The notes beneath the pieces are model-generated. The model was not told the DNA's origin. It searched no databases and saw only the letters and a list, made by a program, of their open reading frames with translations. From contig OZ231126.1 in assembly GCA_965153355.1 (NCBI GenBank), positions 31,930,001 through 31,994,000 on the forward strand: a DNA stretch of 64,000 bases, written 5' to 3'. This stretch comes from Flaccisagitta enflata (lineage: Eukaryota). This document shows positions 24,058 through 36,300 of the stretch, piece by piece. A program made the translations under genes and the position numbers. How positions within the stretch are numbered: position 1 is the stretch's first letter; every line of letters starts with the position of its first letter.

Positions 24058-26906
24058 GTCGTTATTCTGAGGCACGTGAGCCAATTCGATTTCGCGATCG
24101 TGGGAAGCCACAAAGTTATCGATAGTTTTGATGGCGAGGGAAGCGCGCAGGTTCAAATCGAATCCCTTGATTTTCTCAAGCACTGGTTGGAAAGAGGCGA
24201 GATTCAATGAGAGGATGAACGGCAAACCAAACAAAATGTTCCGCGTGCCTGACACGGAAATCACTACAATACTCCGTTCTTCTTTCTCGACTTTTCCGAC
24301 TAACCTTCGAGAACGGCGCGCGTCTTCAGATTACCGAGTTTCCTGTTTTTAGCGAACAACCATCCTTTAAACTTGAAGGCGATCGAATGCATCGTCCGAC
24401 ACATCACATGTTTTGGAAACCTGCACATAATGCACAAAGAATATAAGATCAGCTTACCATCGATGGACTTACAAGAGAAAGCAACCTCAGCAGCAAGCGA
24501 GAGCGGATAGATGGCAAAAATGATGTTACCGCTTCTCGGCGTCCAGTTTGATAGCCTTGTTATAGGCGATGTAAAGGAACTTAAGCGTTGGGCGCACTTC
24601 CGTGTAATGAATCAGCGTGGTTGTTTTACCTGAGTGAGGCAAGACGTGAGGGAGAATATACATATAAATGACTCAAAGAGAGAAAATGAGTAAGGCATTG
24701 GGAGAATTAAAGAACAACCATCAAGTTATCCTTAACTTAAATTCGTCCGGAAAACTAACAAACGTTTGGACTTACTAAATAAAATTCCAGTTACTGGAAC
24801 TCATATTTGGGTATCTCACCAGTTCCGGCAAAGGCGTTGATTTTGATGACTTCGCCTGGATTGATGTCATTGCCGATGATTCGAAATTGTTCGTGAGTCA
24901 ATCGGAGAAATTTGTCGTTGGCGACGAACCGGACAAGGCTCTGTTGTCCAACGGCACGATCCGAGAACAACCGGCTCATCGTCTCGCGGTCCACCTGATG
25001 TGTTTCGAAGAAGGATGTGCTTATTAAAGTTTCATACATTTTACTGGAAGTTGAAACGATTTTGTCTTGACTTCTGTATTTGATTACAGCGCATTGCATT
25101 CCTGAACCTTTATAACATTCTGACGCGGGTATACTTCCACTCCGTTCTGACCTGCATTTTGTTTTCGAAAAAGTATATCACAGTGAAAACGATGTAATGA
25201 TGTAAATCTGGGACGTTGTACCGCCGGTGAAAAGCCAGAAAGAAAGTGGCAGCCGCGTAGAACAATTCCAAGATGAGATGCAAGGGAATGTCACCGGCAG
25301 CCAAGAGATGACGTAAGAGTGAAGAAGTCTCGTCCACGTCTGGAAAAGGGAATCGGGAATTGAGCGGGTAAAGGGATTACGAAGCAAGCAAACACGCAAC
25401 TAAATCACAGCGTCCAAATTCGATCACTAGCAACCACCATCACGCTAAGTCTCATTTGTATGCGACAGCAAGAATAAGGTGATCGAATGTTTCTCCAACT
25501 GAGTTGCAGACCAACAGACCTTGCGCGAGGACGAACATGGCGGCTAAGGCACACAAGGGGTGAGGCTCGGAGAGAGAAGAATCCGCCTCGTTCACCACCT
25601 CAATACAATCTTGAAGAGATTCTTGTTCCACGAACAGATTCTTCACTGCCGAGTAAGTGGACATCTGTACGAATGGGAATAGGGAAATGAGAATAATCAT
25701 CAATACGAAAGAATTGGGATTTCATGATCATGAATGATTCTATTAACCACATCCCTTCTCACCTGTTTCAAGACTGCCATGATTCTCGGAGTAGAACCAC
25801 CAGCGTTGGAAGGGATAAAAGTTTTCATCCTGCAATGACAAAGTAAATAAGTTTTAGTGACGTGGTACTCATTTGCAAACATTTGTTGCTTTATTCATTT
25901 GTTGCTTTATTAAATAGACAAGCGCAAGTACCAGACAAGCTTCTTAAATTGGCTTTTCACCTACGAATGAATCCAAGAAAGCAAGTCCCAACGCTCAGCA
26001 TTCCACTTTCAGTCATCATATCATCAATCTCCGTCTGGGTCTTCTTGAAGTGTTCCCCGCTGGTCTTCTTGTAGGCGTAGTACAATTTCTTGTGTGGCAT
26101 AAAAGATTCGTCAGAAATAAGGTCACACCACCGCCGACAGACACGATTCATGTGTAAGCAAAGGTCTGGAGAAGAAGAAGAAAAGTTTTAAGTGAGGACT
26201 GAGGACTGATTTTAGAAGCGTAAACTTACGATCTGTATCAAGCTATGTCTCGCAAATTTGGCATTTATACAACTTGATAATCTGGGGGGTTTGATGAAAA
26301 TAAAACTCCTACTAAAAGATGATTCATCAGCCATCACAGGGAATTCATCTCTACCGATGTAAAGAAGACGAGTGACAAAAATTTAAGCCCGCATATCATT
26401 GAAGAGAACTTTCAAAACCACATATCAATAAATCTTCATCTAAAATTCTTACCTCCATGTGGTATTTGGCAAAAGATGGTCTCCAAAATTTCATCGGGTA
26501 AATCATCGATTCCCAGAGACTGATGCTCTCCACCAGAGGCGGCTACACTCCCGTTTGAAGACGGACCGACTTTCCCACGATGACTCGAACCGAAACCGAC
26601 CGATGTCGAAGCCGAACTCGAGGGAGAGAAGGAAGAAGATGATGATCCAGGATTGGGCTCGAGATTTCTCCTCTGCCTCTTCGCTTGAGGGAACAACGCC
26701 GATGTCGATGAAGAAGTCGATGATGATGATTGACTGTCAGTGACGCTAATCCTCGATGACGATGATAAAGAGTGTGGATTAGTCTTTTCTTCTTTCCGCG
26801 GTGATACGGAAACGAATCCATCGAGGGTCGAGACTTTGATCTCTCGGGAAGCAGTATAGTGGCGGTATATGGATAAATTGTTATCACTGAAAAATGACGT
26901 AGACAT
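24058..26906 (-). CDS. FBH1: F-box DNA helicase 1, 5' portion (exons about 26906-26453, 26165-25961, 25829-25763, 25664-25520, 25339-25152, 24994-24820, 24629-24530, 24420-24305, 24182-24058)
   Basis: F-box (IDDLPDEILETIFCQIP..VCRRWCDLI..FMPHKKLY), Q-motif LTHEQ, Walker A AFAGTGKTT, motif Ia FLYIAYNK, CRTMHSIAF and KTIDNFVASHD. All GT-AG junctions are phase-compatible. The start codon is uncertain. Confidence 0.9.
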
Positions 26907-27391
26907 CAAGTGAAAAATCAGAACCGTTATTGGTTATATCCCTTACTGTTTTTAGGATTTGAGGGGAAGTTAAGAACATGAAAAATTGATAACATGAAAT
27001 AATTCTTTTTCCTTATTAACAAAATAATCATGAAGGCAAAAATTAGGATCAGTACTATCGCTTAAAGAATCGACCCCGAACTCTTTAAACGTTTAACATG
27101 TTTTCAAAAGAACTGAAACCAAGAGTCGAGCTTCAATCACCGAGCAAAACATCTTTGATCAGTGATCACCCTCTCGGTCAAATCTTCATTTTTCTTTAAA
27201 TACACTTCGATCAACGTAACATGCCATGCCACCACCAAAAATTAACCAAATATTTCCCTTCTTCATCGGATATCCTAGTCAATAAACAACCTCGTCATAC
27301 GCAGTCACATGCTTCTTTTTTCCCGCACTTTACTTTGGGTCGCCCAGACTTCTCTAGTTCGCGAGCGGGACGCGAGACGCATTTCAGCATT

Positions 27392-30300
27392 TCAGCATTT
27401 CTTGGGCTGTTGGATGGGGTGTTTGTTGGTCGGATGATGAGGATGAACTTTTGCCATTCTGGTGACATCCTTCGTAGGAGACGGCTTCTGATGAGCCAAG
27501 GAAGACGGCATTTCGCTGTGGTTCAGCTCCACCTTTGACTTGGTCGTCACTTGCACCTAGTAAAAAAATCTTAAAAGAGTATGTGTCCGCGACTGGCGTC
27601 ATACGGCGTTGTCAAACGGCGTTGTCAAACGGAGATGTCAAACGGCGTTGTCAAACGGCGTTGTCAAACGGCGTTGTCAAACGGCGTTGTCAAGCGGCGT
27701 TGTCAAAACGGCGTTGTCAAAACCAACGTTATCCGACGGTTGCATCGCTGGCGTTGTCAAAGCAGAAAGGCGTTGTCCATAACGTTGTCATGCGAAGGCG
27801 TTGTCAGAAGTTGTCAAGGAAGGCGTTGTCAAGAGGCGTTGTCAAAGAGAAGGCGTTGTCAGGTGGCGACTCAAGGCGTTATCAAAAGGCATTGTCAAAG
27901 TGTTGTCAAAGGGTGTCAAAGGCGTTGTCAAAGAAGTTGTCCAAGTTGTCAAGGAGCGTTAAGGGCGTTGTCAAAGGGCGTTGTCAAAGGCTTGTCGGCG
28001 CAGCTGTTGGTTGCCCAATTAACTATAATCTTTACAAATCAAATATATATTTGAAGTCCTTCCATTTAGAGACTACATACCAAGTTTTAACCAAATCGGT
28101 TGAAAAATGCCAAAGTTATGCGTTTTACTTTGGAAAACAGTTGGGTGGTTGGCGGTTTGTGGTTGGCATGCTAAAATCTTTACAATTCAATATATATGTT
28201 GAGTCCTTCCATTTGGACTACATACCAAATTATAACTAAATCAATTAAAAATGTGGAAGTTATGCACGTTTTTCACTTTGAAGCTAGTAGGCTGGTTGGG
28301 TAGTGAGCCGGTTTGGCCAGTTAGCATGCTGAAATCTTTGCAAATCAAATACATATTTTGAGTCATTCCATTCTGAGACTACATACCAAGTTTTAATGAA
28401 ATTTGGTTGAAAAATGTAAGTTATGCTACAATTTTCACTTTTGAGCTGGTAATCTGGTTGGGTGGTGGGCCGGTTTGGCCGGTTGGCATGCTAAAATCTT
28501 TACAGTCATATATGTAAAGGTCTTCCATTTTAGAGACTACATACCAATTTTAGCAAATTGGTGAAAAATGCAAAAGTTATGCACGTTTTTCACTTTTAGG
28601 CTGGTAGGCTGGTTGGGTGGTGGGCCAGTTAGCATACTAAAATCTTTACAATTCAAAATCCTTCCATTTAGAGACTACGTATCAAGTTTCAACCAAATTG
28701 GTGGAAATATGCCTAAGTTATGCACGTTTTTCACTAAGAGGCTGGTTGGGTGGGGTGGTAGGCCAGTTAGGTGGGTGGATATGCTACAAGCTGCACAGAG
28801 CAGACACATACATTGAGGCCTTCCATCCAAATAAAGCATACCAAATTTCAGGCGTATCAGTTGAAAACTGACATAGTTATGCAAAAATAGCAGGCGACAG
28901 CGGCAAACGGCGGCAAGCGACAAACGACGACACCCACCCGCCTCGAATTATAGTCCGCGTCGGAATGGTATTCCGTCGACCGTCGCTGACAAAAAGGGAG
29001 GGGAGGTCGGGGAAGAAAAGGAGGGAAGATCAACTGGAATTCTGTCTTCAGCTTATCATCGCGCCGCCGGGAAGTCGTAGCCTTAATCATGAACACATGT
29101 TTCAATCACACCGATAAGCATGTTCGCGCGTGATACCAAGACTGACAATTAGCCTCTCAATTATCGGTAGCTAGTTACAAAGTTTCTGCTAAATAATAGA
29201 CACTTTGTAGATGCAGCTTAGTACTTGTGAATTATCCGGATCGCCTTTGGCGAGTTCCTTGTCGCCTTCGTTTTTGTTGTTATTATTATTGTCGGCTGCG
29301 GCGTCCGGATCTCCTTCCGGAGCTTCGATGGACGCTTCCTTCTTCCCGGCGCTGGAATCGGATTCACTCTTTCTGGCGCTGGAGACTCGACGCCGGCCGC
29401 CAACTTTGATGGCGGGTGGATGACCGCCTTTCAACTCGACGTTTTCGTTGTTGTGATTGACCGCCTTCGATTTGGGCGACGCGGCGTTTTTGCCTTCAGA
29501 TGGAGGAAAGGAAGGGAAAAAGAGGGGGAAAAAGATGATGTTGAAAGGTTAGGCCATGCTACAATGGAGCACCTCGCGGCATAAAACAAATTTGCAGCGT
29601 GACGGACGAAATTATAGAAAGGGAGTAGGAGAGGATAAATACTGAATATTACATGTGCGTTGATGGAGAAGTCTCATTTGAGCCCTTGGGGAGAGAAGGG
29701 GGAAAGTAGGCTGTTCAATCACATGATGACATGATGCCATGACTGAAGATCTAACCTTTGGTCGCCTCGACGGCGGTTTCTGCTTCAATATCGTTGTGAT
29801 TTTCATCTTTCTGTTGCCTCGGAATTGCGGCTTCTTTTCCTCGATTCTTGCCTCCCGCGTCTTCCGCCTTTTCCACGTCTTGTCGGGCGGAAATGATGAT
29901 CGCTTCCGCCACTTTGTCCGCCAAAGCGTCAACTTCGTCCTTTTCGCTGATCTCGCCTCCAGCAGCGGCAGCAGCAGCAGCGCTTCCCGCGACTCTCGGG
30001 CGACGAGGTGGCCGAGGCTTGGAGGATCTCTTGAAGGCGGCTTTGTCGACGGCGTTGTTGTTGACGCGGATGCCAGGATCAGTGGCGACGGAATTTTTGG
30101 GCGTGCGCGCATGATGAAGCACATCGTCTTCCGCGTAAACGTGAGCGGCGCGAACTCTGACGCCGCTGCCACGAGGGGCACCGCCGCGACCCCCGCGTCC
30201 GCGTGCCGCATTGGATCTAACGCCGCGATTGCTCGAACGGGAAACTTCGTTCTCGACCACTTCCTCCGCGTAATTTTCCTGTTTATTGATTGGTCATGCG

Positions 30301-33300
30301 TTGATTTGACTAAATCTCGCCTGAACAAAAAGCGGCTCGCTCTTTCGCCCGGTATATTTTCTTTTTTTGAAATTAAACAATTTATGTTTTCTTTCATTTC
30401 TACTTTCAATCCAAGAAGATAGTCCTTGCTCTCAAATCTAATTCAGCTCATAGAGATTTTCTCCCACAAGTACAAACGTTATTCAGGCAACAATCCTGAT
30501 TAACACACCTTATCCGTGGACTTCTTCCTGCCTTTGGCGGTGACGGGACGTTTCCGTCTTTCATAGTTGGACGGTGCTATATCATCGACTGTTTCTCCTT
30601 CTACGCTGGAGACCGAAGCTTTGGGCCTCCTTCTTCGAGGCGGTCTCTTCTGAGCGGCAGCGGCAGCACCAGTGGCCGCAGCAGCGCCAGCGGCGCCGGC
30701 GGTGACGGGTCTCCTCTTGGTCTTCACCTGTGCGCCGCCATCGTAATCAGCGCTAGAAGTGGAAGCCGTCTTCTTTCTCCGCGGCTGTTGTTGTTTGGCA
30801 ACGGGATTCCTCTTGTTTCGCGCCGCGGGCTTTTTCTCGACGACGTCGGCCTCCACGCTGAAGACGGACGCTCTTCCGGCGCCACGCGGCTTGTTATTGG
30901 CGCCGGGTCTCGTCGCTTTCTTCTTAGACGCAGCAAAGGCGCCACCGGCAGTCTCAGCGGCACCGACGCCGCCGTGGCGCTCCTTCAGTTGCTGCGCCGC
31001 CTTGAAATTGCAGCAGTTGACACCGAGCTCTTGGCATCTTTGACAGAATCGGCTTTCGTGCTTCTTGTTAAGACTTTTCATGTGCTTTGGGAAGAGGAAG
31101 GCGCCGCAATCGCAATCGATTCCACGCATAGCCTCAGTTTTGGAGAAGGAGTAACTGTAAATAGGGTGGTGGAGTAGAAAGAAGAAAAATGCGGATGGCA
31201 AGGTGGTAGGGTGGGAAGAATGGGGCAATACGGCAAAAGTTTTAATTACTCAAGTTGGTATGTCATTTGAAATAAAGTACAAAAGCTTAAAAACAACAGT
31301 CCTCGACTGTTGTCTATTTGGTGTCCGACCCGGCTAATCAGTCTGACCCGGCTACTCAGTCTGACCCGGCTACTCAGTCTGACCCGGCTACTCAGTCTGA
31401 CCCTGCTACTCAGTCTGACCCGGCTACTCAGTCTGACCCGGCTACTCAGTCTGACCCGGCTACTCAGTCTGACCCGGCTACTCAGTCTGACCCGGCTACT
31501 CAGTCTGACCCGGCTACTCAGTCTGACCCGGCTACTCAGTCTGACCCGGCTACTCAGTCTGACCCGGCTACTCAGTCTGACCCGGCTACTCAGTCTGACC
31601 CGGCTACTCAGTCTGACCCGGCTACCAATTGCATACCTTAAAGTCCAAAAAAAAAATTTTTTTCAAAAAAAAAAAAATTTTTTTTTCAAAAAAAAAAAAA
31701 AAAAAATTTTTTTTTCAAAAAAAAAAATTTTTTTTCAAAAAAAATGAATTTTTTTTCAAAAAAAATGAAATTTTGGCTAAAATTAGTTATAGATGTCTCA
31801 TGAGGGGAAGTGAGGGGTAGTGAGGGGTAGCTAGGGGTGGTCAAAAAGTGAAGGGTGGTTTGAAATTATGTAGGGGTAGCGAGGGGTGGGGGGGGCGAGG
31901 GGTGGGGTAGGGCGAGGGGTGGGGCGAGGGGTGGGGTAGGGCGAGGGGTGGGGTGAGGGGTGGGGTGAAGGGTGGGGTGGGGTGAGGGGTGGTTCGAGGG
32001 GTAGTGAGGGGTAATGAGCTTTTAACTTGATAAAGCCCTTAACCTTAAACCTAACACAACCCCTAACCCTAAATCTAACACAACCCTTAGCCCTAAACCC
32101 AACACAACCCCTTACTCTAAACCCAACTCAACCCCTAACCCTAAACCCAATACAACCCCTAACCCTAAACCCAACACAACCCCTAACCTTAACTTTAACA
32201 TTTATATCCAGCTCTAACCTTATTTAAAAAAAACACTAAACCCAACACAACCCCTAACCCTAAACCCAATACAACCCCTAACCCTAAACCCAACACAATC
32301 CCTAACCCTAAACCCAACACAGTCCCTAACCTTAACCTTAACATTTATATCCAGCGCTATTCCTAATTAAAAAAACACTAAACCTAACACAACCCCTAAC
32401 CCTAAACCTAATACAACCCCTAACCTTAAACCCAACACAACCCCTAACCTTAACCTTAACATTTATGTCCAGCCCTAACCCTAACTAAAAAAACACAACC
32501 TTAACCTTTAATTTGAAATCATAACCCTGCATAAATAACCTGTATTAATAACCTGCATAAATGAAGTGCCTTCGTGGGAAAGAGTTCGGGTCTGTTTTAA
32601 GTTAGTCTTAATAAGGTTTAACATTAAGGACTAAACATAAGTTAAGGGTTAGGGGTTGTGTTTGGTTTTGGGTTAGGGGTAGTGTTGAGTTTAAGGTTAC
32701 AGGTAGTGTTGGGTTTAGGGTTAGGGGTAGTGTTGGGTTTAGGGTTAAGGGTTGTGTTAGGTTTAGGGTTAAGGGTTGTGTTAGGTTTAGGGTTAGGGGT
32801 AATGTTGAGTTTAGGGTTAAAGGTAGTATTGGGTTTAGGGTTAGGGGTAATGTTGAGTTTAGGGTTAAGGGTTGTATTAGGTTTAGGGTTAAGGGTTGTG
32901 TTAGGTTTAGGGCTAGGGGTAATGTTGAGTTTAGGGTTAAGGGTTGTGTTAGGGGTTGTGTTGGGGTTAGGCAAATTTCAACTTGCTTAAGGTAAAAGGT
33001 TTTGTTTTACCACGAATGAAATATTTTACTTGCTATGGGAATATATATATATATCTGCAAAATGTTTCTTTTCTCTAGGCTGTAAATTAAATGATAGCTG
33101 TGCATTTTTAGTTTGAACCACCACCCTCCCCCACCACCACCCTTTTTGGTTTTTTGAATCATGAAATTCCTTGAACTTAAAGGTATTGAAACTGCAACAT
33201 GTAAATGAGATTTTTGTATTTTTTGTAAACTAGCAATTTTATTAAATTTTTGAAGTATAAAAAAGAACCGAGGGGTTGACCCAGTGGTAGACCCGGAGGT

Positions 33301-36300
33301 TGACCGAGGGGTAGACCGAGGGGTAGACATTTTCATTTTAGCTTAAATAATAGTCGTGTATTTTATAAACAATTTCAGTTTGAACCACCACCCTCCCCCG
33401 CCACCACCCTTTTTGGTTTTTTGAATTATGAAATCCCTTGAACTTAAAGGTATTGAGACTGCAATATGTAAATGAGATTTTTGTACTTTTTGCAAACTAG
33501 CAATTTTATCAAATTTTTGAAGTATAAAAAAACTGAGGGGTGGGTGAGGGGTGGACCAAGGGGTGGACCGAGGGGTAAACTGAGGGGTAAACCGAGGGGT
33601 GGGAGGGGCAAACCGAGGGGTGGGAGGGGTAAACCAAGGGGTGGTCTTTCAACTGATGGGTGGGAGGGGTGGGGCAGGGGTGGTCTCACCACCCTCGTCC
33701 CACCCCTCCCACCCTCGCTACCCTACATGAGACATCTTTAACTAATTCGATCCAAAATTTTTATTAAAAAAAATTTTTTTTTAAAAAAAAAAATTTAAAA
33801 AAAAAAAAAATTTTTTTAAATTTTTTTCAAAAAAAAAATTTCTTTCAAAAAATTTTTTTCAAAAAAAAAAAAAATTAAATCAAAAAAAAAATCTTAAGTC
33901 CAGGAAATAATGTCACTAGATACAATATAGATAATTTATATTTTCTTAACCAATACTCAGAATTTACTGAACTCTTGCAGGGGAGCTTTAATTGCTGCAA
34001 TGAACCTTCACAACAAGTTTGAACAACATTGGTGAACCATTACTACCCTTCCCCTATGTAGAATGCACAAGTCCAGGAATCAATATTACTAGCAAAATAC
34101 CCTAATATCTTCTAAACCAATTCTCAGAATTATCCGAAATCTTGCGGGAGAGCTTAAATTGATGCAAGTAACCTTCACAACAAGTTTGAACAACATTGGT
34201 GAACCTTTGCTACCCTTCCCCTATGTAAATTGCACAAGTCCAGGAATTAATATTACTACAAAAATAATAGGCAAAGGGTATTAAATATTTATGAATGTTG
34301 TTGAAAGTTGGTACACAGGATAGTAATGCTGTAAAAATAACACTGACCAAGTTTCATCAACATCTGAGTACTGGTTCCCAAGTTTTTAAGGGTTGACACG
34401 ACAAACAAACAACAAACAACGACTCACTACACGATCAGTGCTATGTTATAGTCCTCGACGTAAACTGATCGTCGAGGACAAAAATGTAAGCAAAAGGACC
34501 TCCTTTAGAGAATGTTTTTTTTTCAAGATGAGGATTCTTTTATTAGGATTTTTTTCAAAAGCACCACCATTCAATATATCACCGCGCATCTCTTCTCTCT
34601 CCTTCCCCTAGAGCTCTCAACGACTTCGCTTTGCTGTCATACTCTCGATCGCTTCTCTCTATTCATCTCTTTGTCTCTCTCTCGCGCCGCATATAATTAC
34701 AGATGGACGATGTTGCAGGTATCGCATGGAAACTCCCAGTCCGGGTAAACGGCAGTTTTGCAGGTTTTGCAGGTGATCCCCTGGTGGGCGTCGCCATTGC
34801 GGTAAGACTCGGCGATGTACTGGTCGCAGTCCACGCAGAAGAATTCGTATTTGCGAGACTTGGGGATTTGGCGGAAAGGCAAGACCCAAGTCTGACGGCG
34901 CCTCGAAGAACACGGCTTGCATAGCTGACCAGAGTTGGCCCACGAATACACGCTAGACCATTCGTGGGAACAAACCTGTCGAGGCAATTGGTATAGGCTG
35001 TTTCTATAATCTCCTTTTTGAGAGATGGCCAAATAGGTCAATTGAAAAATTGAGAAAATTTGTCAAAAACATTCATAATCAGATAGCTTATATCAATATG
35101 AAGATGGCTCAAAAACTGAATTTTGTTACTGATCCTTGATTTTCATGTAAATTAGGCTGAAATACAACAAATAATGATCGAAAATAAGCCAAAATTGAGT
35201 TGTTTAAGTCAGCAAAACCAAAAAAATGGGAATATTTTACTAAATCAAGTTCAAGAATTCAATCAGACCCATTCTGCTGAAAAAAATTGAGATTTCAATT
35301 TTTTGGAAAATTCTCTATAAGCAGCTTTTTTGGCTGGTTGGGCCAGTTGGCAAAAATTTACTGAATCTTTCAGCAACGATTAATTTAAGTAGGCATTCTC
35401 TAAAAGAACCACTGTGCAAAATTTCAGCCAAATCGGACAAATATTTTAGAAGTTATGCCGTTTTTTAAAATTTTTGGGTGGTAGGCTGGTTGGGTTGGTT
35501 AGATGTGTCCCAGATGCACCAAATGCTCTGTTCATAATAGTTTCAGTACAGTATTGATCCATGCAAAAAATCTTTTGTCTCTCTCAAAGGGTTTCCAAGA
35601 TATGGGCATTTCGTGATTTTTATGGTTTACCATTTTGCTGTAAGTGCATACATGCGCCAATAACAAAGAATTAACTACGAAAATTCATCTTGAAGCGTGA
35701 TTATTCTGCAACAATTTACTGACCAATCATATTGAAAATTTCATTATGGCTAAATGCCCGGGAGTTAATACCAAAAATTTTCAGTGTAAATGCAAAATTT
35801 CATGCTCTTTCTCATCGTGTTATCCAAATTTCCATCATCAGTTTCACAATGGCGTGACACTGACAGACTTGAAGCGTGACATGAGCGTGACAGAAGAGCT
35901 GGGGGGGGTGTGCGGAATAATCACGCTTGAAGAAAAGTGTCATTACGCGGGATTGGGGTGTCACAGTGGCATGAAATTTAGAGCATAAGTCCTTCAAGTA
36001 GTCTTCTATTAGATAGAAACCTGAAAAGTGATTAACTTTGAGAATTTATAGTGTTTTACAAAAAAGATAATCGGCATACTCAGATTTTGCCATGAAATAG
36101 CAAAAAAATTAGAAGGATCAAAATTTGAAGATAATACAATATATGAACAACTTAGCATTTGCGCAGTAGGATGAAATTTTTTGCACATCACATCGGATTG
36201 ATGATAACTGATTAAAAGCTGAGAAATGATCAGATGATCTATTTTTTGATAGGTTTTGCTTGTTATTTGCTTGTCCGGACAAAATCCGGACATGACAATG

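Noticed and set aside
29612-30422. 265-aa (-) and 227-aa (+) ORFs
   Set aside because: Alternative-frame and antisense shadows of GC-rich exon 4 of the 3CxxC-DAP gene. Only the 29751-30260 frame fits the splice phases.
32036-32972. Ancient telomere-telomere fusion site
   Set aside because: Wrong orientation for a fusion, degenerate 24-bp units, and located inside a mobile element.
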